Source: a virus
Lineage: Duplodnaviria; Heunggongvirae; Uroviricota; Caudoviricetes
Length of the DNA: 6,456 nt
Virus record (IMG/VR): IMGVR_UViG_2529292728_000022
Reading direction: 5' to 3' (one strand)
Position numbers and translations under genes: made by a program. Numbering within the stretch: position 1 is the stretch's first letter; each line of letters begins with the position of its first letter. The notes under the pieces are model-generated. The model ran no database searches and was not told where the DNA came from. It worked only from the letters and a program-made list of their open reading frames with translations. Positions 1 through 5,888 of the stretch are shown piece after piece.

Positions 1-4
1 GGTG

Positions 5-30
5 AAAACCTGCTGTGGCAGGTTTTTTTT
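5..30 (+). terminator. Intrinsic-terminator-like hairpin immediately upstream of the tape measure gene
   Basis: Seen in sequence: aaaacctgc(5-13) / loop tgtg(14-17) / gcaggtttt(18-26), 9-bp stem, followed by a run of 8 T (23-30). The GGAG Shine-Dalgarno at 35-38 lies 8 nt before the ATG at 47. It may sit in the 3' end or just after the stop of the upstream tail chaperone gene (possible stops at TGA 3-5 or TGA 44-46); the upstream frame cannot be determined from 46 nt. Confidence 0.35.
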
Positions 31-46
31 GCCCGGAGAAAGGTGA

Positions 47-3000
47 ATGGCGACGTTACGTGAACTGATTATCAAAATTTCGGCAAATTCACAGTCATTC
101 CAGTCGGAGATCCAGCGGGCGTCCCGTATGGGCAGTGAATATTACCGGACCCTGCAGAATGGCGGACGTCAGGCTGCTGCGGCAGCCAGGGAGCAGCGAC
201 GTGCCCTGGCAGAACTGAACAGCCAGTTGACGGAAATCCGCGCTTCGGCTGTCGGAATGACCGGTGCGTTTGCCGGTGCCTTTGCCACCGGACACCTGAT
301 TTCTCTGGCGGATGAGTGGAGTTCCGTGAATGCCCGTCTGAAACAGGCATCACAGTCATCCGATGAATTTTCGTCATCACAGAAAGTGCTGATGGATATC
401 AGTCAGCGGACAGGCACGGCATTTTCGGATAATGCGGCCCTGTTTGCCCGTTCGGCTGCCTCGATGCGTGAATATGGTTACAGTGCTGATGATGTGCTGA
501 AGGTGACGGAGGCCATTTCCACGGGGCTGAAAATCTCCGGTGCCAGTACGGCTGAGGCGGGTTCGGTGATCACCCAGTTCAGCCAGGCGCTGGCACAGGG
601 TGTGTTGCGCGGTGAGGAATTTAATTCGGTCAATGAAAGTGGTGACCGGATCATTCGTGCACTGGCTGCAGGCATGGGCGTGGCCCGTAAAGATCTGAAG
701 GCGATGGCGGACGACGGCAAACTGACGGCGGATAAAGTCGTGCCCGCGTTAATCAGCCAGCTGGGGACATTGCGTGATGAATATGCCGCCATGCCAGAAA
801 CGGTCTCTGACGGGATCACAAAGGTGGAAAACGCCTTTATGGCCTGGGTGGGTGGTGCGAATGAGGCCAGCGGGGTGACAAAAACGCTCTCCGGCGTGCT
901 GAACGGTGTTGCCGGACAGATTGATAATGTGGCAACAGCCGTGGGGGCACTGGTTGCCGTCGGGGTTGCCCGGTACTTTGGCAATATGGCCTCCGGAGCG
1001 ATGTCTGCCACGGCAGGACTTGTGACGGCTGCACGTAATGAAGTTGCACTGGCGGAAGCACAGTTCAGGGGAACGCAGATTGCCACGGCGCGGGCAAGAG
1101 CAGCCGTGTACCGTGCTCAGCAGGCCGTGGCGGCAGCCCGCGGGACGGAGATGCAGATTGCAGCAGAGGCCCGTCTGGCGGCCACACAGGAACGCCTGAA
1201 CAGAAATATTGCTGCCAGAACCGCCGCCCAGAATGCGCTGAACAGTACAACGGCGGTGGGCTCACGTCTGATGAGCGGTGCGCTGGGACTGGTTGGAGGC
1301 GTACCCGGACTGGTGATGCTGGGAGCTGCCGCATGGTACACGCTGTACCAGAATCAGGAACAGGCCAGGGAGTCTGCGCGCCAGTATGCACTGACGATAG
1401 ATGAAATCGCGCATAAAACGCCATCAATGTCTCTGCCTGAAGCCTCAGATAACGAAGGGCGAACACGGGCGGCGCTGACAGAGCAGAACCGGCTGATTGA
1501 TGAGCAGGCCAGCCGGGTGAAATCCCTGCAGGAAAAAATCGCCGGGTATCAGTATGTGCTGGCTAATCCGGGCTGGACGACCGGTAACGGCTTCATGATA
1601 AACCATCTGACCTCGGTGAAGACCGTAACGGAAGGGCTTGCTCAGGCAACAGAGCAGCTTGCCGTTGAGCAGTCCCGTCTGGCACAGATGCAGGAAAAAG
1701 CGCAGTCCATTCAGGATGTGCTTGCCGGGCTGGAAGACCGTCGTGTGGCGTTAATTCGTCAGCAGGCGGCAGAGCAGAATAAGGTGTACCAGTCCATGCT
1801 GGTTATGAACGGTCAGCATACGGAATTCAACCGTCTGCTGGGGCTGGGTAATGAACTGCTTCAGCAGCGGCAGGGACTGGTGAATGTGCCGTTACGGCTG
1901 CCACAGGCCACTCTGGATGATAAACAGCAGAGTGCCCTGACAAAAACAGAGCGTGAGCTGGCCCTGTCCAGACTGAAAGGGGAAGAAAAAGAGCGTGTCC
2001 GGCTGGGGTATGCGGCGGATGACCTCGGTTTTGTGGGTGATCCGTATCAGGAGGCGAGACAACGTTATATCAGTAATGCCCTGGAAGCCTGGCGCAATAA
2101 CGAGGCGAATAAACCCAAATCCCGGGGTGGAAAATCAGAGACGGAAAAAGCGGAAGACAGTTTTTCCCGGCTGCTGAAGCAGCAGAAAGAGCAACTGGCA
2201 CTGGCCGGTCAGAACACGGAGCTGGCGAAGCTGAAGTACCAGACAGCGCTGGGTGAACTGAAAACCCTGTCGGAGATACAGAAGCAGGAGCTGCTGCGTA
2301 ACGCGGCCCTGATTGACCAGCAAAAAATCCGGGAACAGTTGCGATCCCGGGAAGAGACCCTGAAGAATGATAATGTGGCTGCGCGTGCATCAAATGAAGC
2401 CGAACTGCTGGGGTACGGGCAGGGAGAACGAGCCAGGGAACGCATGCGGGAGTTGCAGCAGATCCGCGACAGCTTCCGCCAGAAGGATGCGGACCTTCAG
2501 TCTCAGTATCAGACCGGGGATATCAGTGAGGATTTTTACAGACAGGCGCTGGCGCAGAATGCACAGTATCTGAGTGAACGTCTGAAAGAGCAGGAAGCCT
2601 TTTATGCCGAATCGGATGTGCAGCGTGCGGACTGGCAGAAAGGGCTGCAGGAGGGATTCAGTAACTGGGTGGATAATGCGTCCGATTACGCCTCACAGGC
2701 AGCACAGCTTGCGACGGAGGGTATCTCAGGGATGGTGAATAACATCACGGAGATGCTGAACGGAAATAAAGTGGAATGGCGCAGCTGGGCCTCATCAGTG
2801 CTGCAGGAAATATCAAAAGTTCTTATGAATGCCGCGATTGTCAACGGAATTAAGACGGCGGCAAACGGTATGTCCGGTGCGGGAGGATTTCTCGGCAGCA
2901 TTGGTGACTGGCTGGGCGGGGCGGTGGCCAATGCAAAAGGCGGCGTGTATACCTCGGCAAACCTGAGTGCGTACAGCAACAGTATTGTGGATACGCCCAC

Positions 3001-3289
3001 GTACTTTGCCTTTGCAAAAGGGGCCGGGCTGATGGGGGAGGCCGGACCTGAAGCCATTATGCCTCTGACGCGGGCGGCGGATGGCTCGCTGGGTGTGCGA
3101 GCGGTGGGCAGTATGAACGGTAGTGCGGGTCTGGTGTATTCCCCGGTCTACCATATCGCCATTCAGAATGACGGGACTAATGGCCAGATAGGGCCGGAAG
3201 CTGCGGGCACCCTTGTGCAGCTGATTGACCAGCGGGTGCAGGCGGTGATGCTGTCCATGCGACGTGACGGAGGAATGCTGAGTGGCTGA
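47..3289 (+). CDS. H: Tail length tape measure protein (lambda gpH functional equivalent), 1080 aa
   Basis: Longest ORF, directly upstream of M-L-K-I-J homologs (the lambda position of H). ATG at 47 with GGAG SD. Ala/Gln/Arg/Glu-rich low-complexity helical sequence typical of tape measures, with hydrophobic Gly/Ala-rich segments (e.g. ...GALVAVGVARYF..., ...SGALGLVGGVPGLVMLGAAAWY...). The C-terminal region (...NDGTNGQIGPEAAGT...MRRDGGMLSG) matches my recollection of the lambda gpH C-terminus. The N-terminal two thirds do not look lambda-like to me. Confidence 0.88.
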   Translation: MATLRELIIKISANSQSFQSEIQRASRMGSEYYRTLQNGGRQAAAAAREQRRALAELNSQLTEIRASAVGMTGAFAGAFATGHLISLADEWSSVNARLKQASQSSDEFSSSQKVLMDISQRTGTAFSDNAALFARSAASMREYGYSADDVLKVTEAISTGLKISGASTAEAGSVITQFSQALAQGVLRGEEFNSVNESGDRIIRALAAGMGVARKDLKAMADDGKLTADKVVPALISQLGTLRDEYAAMPETVSDGITKVENAFMAWVGGANEASGVTKTLSGVLNGVAGQIDNVATAVGALVAVGVARYFGNMASGAMSATAGLVTAARNEVALAEAQFRGTQIATARARAAVYRAQQAVAAARGTEMQIAAEARLAATQERLNRNIAARTAAQNALNSTTAVGSRLMSGALGLVGGVPGLVMLGAAAWYTLYQNQEQARESARQYALTIDEIAHKTPSMSLPEASDNEGRTRAALTEQNRLIDEQASRVKSLQEKIAGYQYVLANPGWTTGNGFMINHLTSVKTVTEGLAQATEQLAVEQSRLAQMQEKAQSIQDVLAGLEDRRVALIRQQAAEQNKVYQSMLVMNGQHTEFNRLLGLGNELLQQRQGLVNVPLRLPQATLDDKQQSALTKTERELALSRLKGEEKERVRLGYAADDLGFVGDPYQEARQRYISNALEAWRNNEANKPKSRGGKSETEKAEDSFSRLLKQQKEQLALAGQNTELAKLKYQTALGELKTLSEIQKQELLRNAALIDQQKIREQLRSREETLKNDNVAARASNEAELLGYGQGERARERMRELQQIRDSFRQKDADLQSQYQTGDISEDFYRQALAQNAQYLSERLKEQEAFYAESDVQRADWQKGLQEGFSNWVDNASDYASQAAQLATEGISGMVNNITEMLNGNKVEWRSWASSVLQEISKVLMNAAIVNGIKTAANGMSGAGGFLGSIGDWLGGAVANAKGGVYTSANLSAYSNSIVDTPTYFAFAKGAGLMGEAGPEAIMPLTRAADGSLGVRAVGSMNGSAGLVYSPVYHIAIQNDGTNGQIGPEAAGTLVQLIDQRVQAVMLSMRRDGGMLSG

Positions 3290-3623
3290 GATAAAAACGC
3301 TGCATCTGGTCCCGCGTGAAGGGATGCAGGTGAGTGAGAAGCCGTCGGTGGTGAGGGTGCGGTTTGGTGACGGTTATGAACAGCGCCGCCCCACAGGGCT
3401 GAATCCTCAACTGAAGACGTTTCAGGCGGTGTTCCGGGTGACGGATGAGTCAACCCGGCGCTGGCTGGAAGAGTTTTTATCGTGGCATGGTGGTTACCGT
3501 GCCTTTTTGTGGCGACCGCCGAAACATAACCGGACGGTGAGGGTTGTGTGCCGTGAGTGGAGTGTCACGGATAATGCCCGGTACAGTGATTTCAGTTGCA
3601 CGATAGAGCAGGTGGTGAACTGA
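3282..3623 (+). CDS. M: Minor tail protein M (lambda gpM homolog), 113 aa, GTG start
   Basis: The ORF opens right after an in-frame TGA at 3279-3281. The GTG at 3282 is preceded by GGAGG (3268-3272, spacing 9). The sequence ...KTLHLVPREGMQVSEKPSVVRVRFGDGYEQRRPTGLNP...FLWRPP...EQVVN aligns with recalled lambda gpM (...VRKVRFGDGY...FLWTPP...EQVVN). It overlaps the 3' end of H by 8 nt. Confidence 0.85.
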   Translation: MAEIKTLHLVPREGMQVSEKPSVVRVRFGDGYEQRRPTGLNPQLKTFQAVFRVTDESTRRWLEEFLSWHGGYRAFLWRPPKHNRTVRVVCREWSVTDNARYSDFSCTIEQVVN

Positions 3624-4321
3624 TGCAGGATATTCACGAAGAAAGCCTGAACGAGTCGGTTAAATCAGAGCAGTCACCGCGGGTGGTGCTCTGGGAAATT
3701 GACCTGACGGTGCAGGGTGGTGAGCGGTATTTTTTCTGCAATGAGCTGAATGAAAAAGGGGAGGCGGTTACCTGGCAGGGGCGGCAATATCAGGCATACC
3801 CGATTGACGGCAGTGGCTTTGAGATGAACGGGAAGGGCAGCAGTGCCCGCCCGTCGCTGACGGTGTCGAATCTGTTCGGTCTGGTCACCGGAATGGCGGA
3901 GGACCTGCAGAGCCTGGTGGGGGCCACGGTGGTCCGCCGCCGGGTGTATGCCCGTTTTCTGGATGCGGTGAATTTTGTGGCGGGCAATCCGGAAGCGGAC
4001 CCGGAGCAGGAGCTGAGCGACCGCTGGGTGGTGGAGCAGATGTCAGAGCTGACGGCCATGACAGCCTCGTTTGTGCTGGCAACACCGACGGAGACGGACG
4101 GAGCGCTGTTTCCCGGTCGCATTATGCTGGCGAATACCTGTATGTGGGATTACCGGGGAGATGAATGCGGGTATAACGGTCCTGCGGTGGCGGATGAGTT
4201 CGACAACCCCACCACGGATATCCGTAAGGACAGATGCAGCAAGTGCATGCGCGGGTGTGAGATGCGCGGCATGGTGGCTAATTTTGGCGGTTTCCTTTCC
4301 ATTAATAAACTTTCGCAGTAA
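3623..4321 (+). CDS. L: Minor tail / tail tip protein L (lambda gpL homolog), 232 aa
   Basis: ATG at 3623 overlaps the M stop as TGATG and is preceded by AGGTGG (3610-3615). The N-terminus MQDIHEESLNE...VVLWEIDLT...ERYFFCNE matches recalled lambda gpL; the C-terminus has the clustered cysteines (C..C..CxxC..C) and ends GGFLSINKLSQ. The TTG at 3596 offered by the ORF track is rejected as the start. Confidence 0.88.
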   Translation: MQDIHEESLNESVKSEQSPRVVLWEIDLTVQGGERYFFCNELNEKGEAVTWQGRQYQAYPIDGSGFEMNGKGSSARPSLTVSNLFGLVTGMAEDLQSLVGATVVRRRVYARFLDAVNFVAGNPEADPEQELSDRWVVEQMSELTAMTASFVLATPTETDGALFPGRIMLANTCMWDYRGDECGYNGPAVADEFDNPTTDIRKDRCSKCMRGCEMRGMVANFGGFLSINKLSQ

Positions 4322-4331
4322 ATCCCGGTTT

Positions 4332-5075
4332 ATGACACAGACTGAATCAGCGATTCTGGCGCATGCCCGGCGGTGTGCGCCTGCGGAGTCGTGCGGCTTC
4401 GTGGTGAGAACGCCGGAGGGGGAGCGGTATATCCCTTGTGTGAATATCTCTGCAGAGCCGGAGGCGTATTTTCGTATCGCACCGGAAGACTGGCTGCGGG
4501 CAGAGATGCAGGGGGAGATTGTGGCACTGGTCCACAGTCATCCCGGTGGTCTGCCCTGGCTGAGCGAGGCCGACCGGCGGCTGCAGATAAAAAGTGCACT
4601 GTCCTGGTGGCTGGTCTGCCGGGGGGAAATTCATAAATTCCGCTGTGTGCCACATCTGACAGGACGGCGCTTTGAGCACGGGGTGACGGACTGTTACACG
4701 CTGTTCCGGGATGCATACCATCTGGCGGGAATTGATATGCCGGATTTTGAGCGTGAGGATGACTGGTGGCGCAACGGTCAGAACCTGTACCTGGACAATA
4801 TGGAGGCGACTGGTTTTTACAGGATTTCCCTGCCTTCCGCACAGCCTGGCGATATCCTGCTGTGCTGCTTTGGCGCATCGGTGGCCAATCATGCCGCCAT
4901 ATACTGCGGCAACGGTGAGCTGCTTCACCATCTGCCTGAACAACTGAGTAAACGGGAGAGGTATTCCGAAAAATGGCAACGACGAACGCATTCAGCCTGG
5001 CGTCACCGCCACTGGCACGTATCTGCCTTCACGGGGATTTACAACGATTTGGCCGCCGCCTCAGCCTGTATGTGA
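4332..5075 (+). CDS. K: Tail tip assembly protein K (lambda gpK homolog), JAB/MPN + NlpC/P60 domains, 247 aa
   Basis: ATG at 4332, 10 nt after the L stop. The N-terminus MTQTESAILAHARRCAPAESCGFVV matches recalled lambda gpK. A JAMM motif is directly visible (HSHPGGLPWLSEAD = H-x-H-x7-S-x2-D), as are NlpC/P60-type Cys and His contexts (GVTDCYTLF ... NHAAIYCG). The ORF-track start at 4071 lies inside L in another frame and is rejected. Confidence 0.85.
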   Translation: MTQTESAILAHARRCAPAESCGFVVRTPEGERYIPCVNISAEPEAYFRIAPEDWLRAEMQGEIVALVHSHPGGLPWLSEADRRLQIKSALSWWLVCRGEIHKFRCVPHLTGRRFEHGVTDCYTLFRDAYHLAGIDMPDFEREDDWWRNGQNLYLDNMEATGFYRISLPSAQPGDILLCCFGASVANHAAIYCGNGELLHHLPEQLSKRERYSEKWQRRTHSAWRHRHWHVSAFTGIYNDLAAASACM

Positions 5076-5653
5076 ACACGGCAGCGGAAGCCATCCGTGC
5101 CCTGTCGATGCAGATGCCGGGATTCCGCCGTCAGATGAACGAAGGCTGGTACCAGATACGTATTCGCGGTGAGGACACGGCACCGGAGGCGGTGTACGCC
5201 CGTCTTCACGAACAGCTGGGTGAGGGAACGGTCATCCACATTGTGCCGCGACTGGCCGGGGCCGGAAAGGGTGGACTGCAGATTGTGCTGGGGGCGGCAG
5301 CCATCGTGGGCTCTTTCTTCACTGCCGGGGCATCAATGGCGTTATGGGGTTCAGCCCTGGCAGCCGGTGGTTTTTCTGCCACCACGATGCTGTTTTCACT
5401 GGGGGCCAGCATGATTCTGGGTGGTGTGGCTCAGATGCTGGCCCCGAAGGCTAAAGTACCGGAGTACAAAAGCACGGATAACGGCAGACAGAACACGTAC
5501 TTTTCCTCGCTGGATAACATGATTGCCCAGGGGAACCCGATGCCGGTGCCTTACGGTGAAATGCTGGTTGGCTCCCGGCGAATCTCCCAGGACATCAGTA
5601 CCCGTGATGAAGGCGGTGGCGGAAAGGTCGTGGTTATCGGGCGGCAGGGGTAA
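4973..5653 (+). CDS. I: Tail tip assembly protein I (lambda gpI homolog), 226 aa
   Basis: ATG at 4973, in a different frame from K and overlapping its last 103 nt. The N-terminal segment (...ARICLHGDLQRFGRR...AIRAL...GWYQIRI...VIHIVPRLAGAGKGG) fits the gpI ubiquitin-like region and is followed by a Gly/Ala-rich hydrophobic segment. The end ...QNTYFSSLDNMIAQGNPMPVPYGEMLVGSRRISQDI matches recalled lambda gpI. Stop TAA at 5651-5653. Confidence 0.8.
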   Translation: MATTNAFSLASPPLARICLHGDLQRFGRRLSLYVNTAAEAIRALSMQMPGFRRQMNEGWYQIRIRGEDTAPEAVYARLHEQLGEGTVIHIVPRLAGAGKGGLQIVLGAAAIVGSFFTAGASMALWGSALAAGGFSATTMLFSLGASMILGGVAQMLAPKAKVPEYKSTDNGRQNTYFSSLDNMIAQGNPMPVPYGEMLVGSRRISQDISTRDEGGGGKVVVIGRQG

Positions 5654-5654
5654 A

Positions 5655-5685
5655 AAGAATAAAAAAATCCCGCAGAGTTGCGGGG
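5655..5685 (-). terminator. Rho-independent terminator on the - strand at the left edge of the I-J gap
   Basis: Seen in sequence: on the - strand, stem cccgca(5684-5679) / loop acuc / ugcggg(5674-5669), with a possible extra G-U pair, followed by UUUUUUUAUUCUUUUU (+ strand A-run 5652-5667). On the + strand the hairpin is followed by acagacaaag, so it is not a + strand terminator. The U-tract overlaps the stop codon of I. Confidence 0.5.
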
Positions 5686-5752
5686 ACAGACAAAGATTAA
5701 CGTTAAGGAGTTATTTTTGTTTCTGGTGCTCGGGCAAAAAAAACATTAACGC
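5655..5752 (-). ncRNA. Candidate ~100-nt small RNA (moron-like) transcribed leftward between I and J
   Basis: Inference from a - strand promoter (-35 at 5781-5786, -10 at 5759-5764) with a predicted start near 5752 and the - strand terminator at 5655-5685. No ORF with a plausible RBS in the transcript. Contains a 16S-3'-end-like CUCCUU motif and internal self-complementarity (5' CGUUAA vs UUAACG). Confidence 0.22.
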
Positions 5753-5758
5753 AGAGAA

Positions 5759-5786
5759 ATTATTAGCACCACAGTCAGTTTGTGAA
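5759..5786 (-). promoter_or_regulatory. Candidate sigma70 promoter on the - strand (TTCACA-N16-AATAAT)
   Basis: Seen in sequence: - strand -35 TTCACA (+ coords 5781-5786, 5/6 to TTGACA), 16-nt spacer, -10 AATAAT (+ coords 5759-5764, 5/6 to TATAAT), with an AT-rich stretch upstream. A G lies 7 nt downstream of the -10 (about + 5752). Confidence 0.3.
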
Positions 5787-5823
5787 AATGTGAAGATATT
5801 CAGAAGTTTTATTCAATCATGAT

Positions 5824-5854
5824 ACAGGCATCCTCCGGGATGCCTGTTGTTTTT
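5824..5854 (+). terminator. Rho-independent terminator on the + strand, 35 nt upstream of the J start
   Basis: Seen in sequence: perfect 10-bp stem acaggcatcc(5824-5833) / loop tccg / ggatgcctgt(5838-5847), followed by tgttttt (5848-5854). On the - strand the same hairpin is followed by AUCAUGAUUGAAU, which is not U-rich, so it is + strand specific. Confidence 0.55.
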
Positions 5855-5888
5855 GTGCGTAACAGTTATCACAGTAAAGGGTGAGACA

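Noticed and set aside
478-1466. Long - strand ORFs inside the tape measure gene (478..1086 202 aa, 1065..1466 133 aa and nested ones)
   Set aside because: They lie antisense to a strongly supported gene, are Pro/Ser/Ala/Arg-rich as expected for the reverse complement of GC-rich coding DNA, and have no ribosome-binding sites or independent signals.
3596-3622. TTG start at 3596 for L suggested by the ORF track
   Set aside because: The ATG at 3623 has a good SD (AGGTGG), overlaps the M stop as TGATG, and gives the conserved MQDIHEE N-terminus. The 9 extra residues would overlap M.
4071-4331. Upstream extension of the K reading frame to an ATG at 4071 (334-aa ORF in the track)
   Set aside because: The extension overlaps the 3' third of L in another frame and its translation (MCWQHRRRRTERCF...) is not protein-like. 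The ATG at 4332 gives the conserved MTQTESAILAH N-terminus.
4330-4991. Minus-strand ORFs of 182 and 214 aa overlapping K and I
   Set aside because: They are antisense to conserved K/I coding sequence with low-complexity Pro/Arg-rich translations. Open antisense frames are expected by chance in GC-rich DNA.
5657-5814. 8-bp inverted repeat (gaataaaa at 5657-5664 / ttttattc at 5807-5814) flanking the core of the insert, considered as possible MITE/IS terminal repeats
   Set aside because: Too short and too AT-rich to distinguish from chance in a 38% GC segment. No target-site duplication is evident. It is better explained as part of the terminator U-tracts.
5523-5822. 99-aa + strand ORF spanning the end of I and the I-J gap
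   Set aside because: It starts inside I in another frame, runs through both terminator-flanked AT-rich spacer elements, has no SD, and the translation is low-complexity. It is an artefact of the open frame.
5819-5884. 21-codon + strand ORF (MIQASSGMPVVFVRNSYHSKG) covering the + strand terminator
   Set aside because: No Shine-Dalgarno upstream, and the ORF consists largely of the terminator hairpin sequence itself. Most likely not translated.
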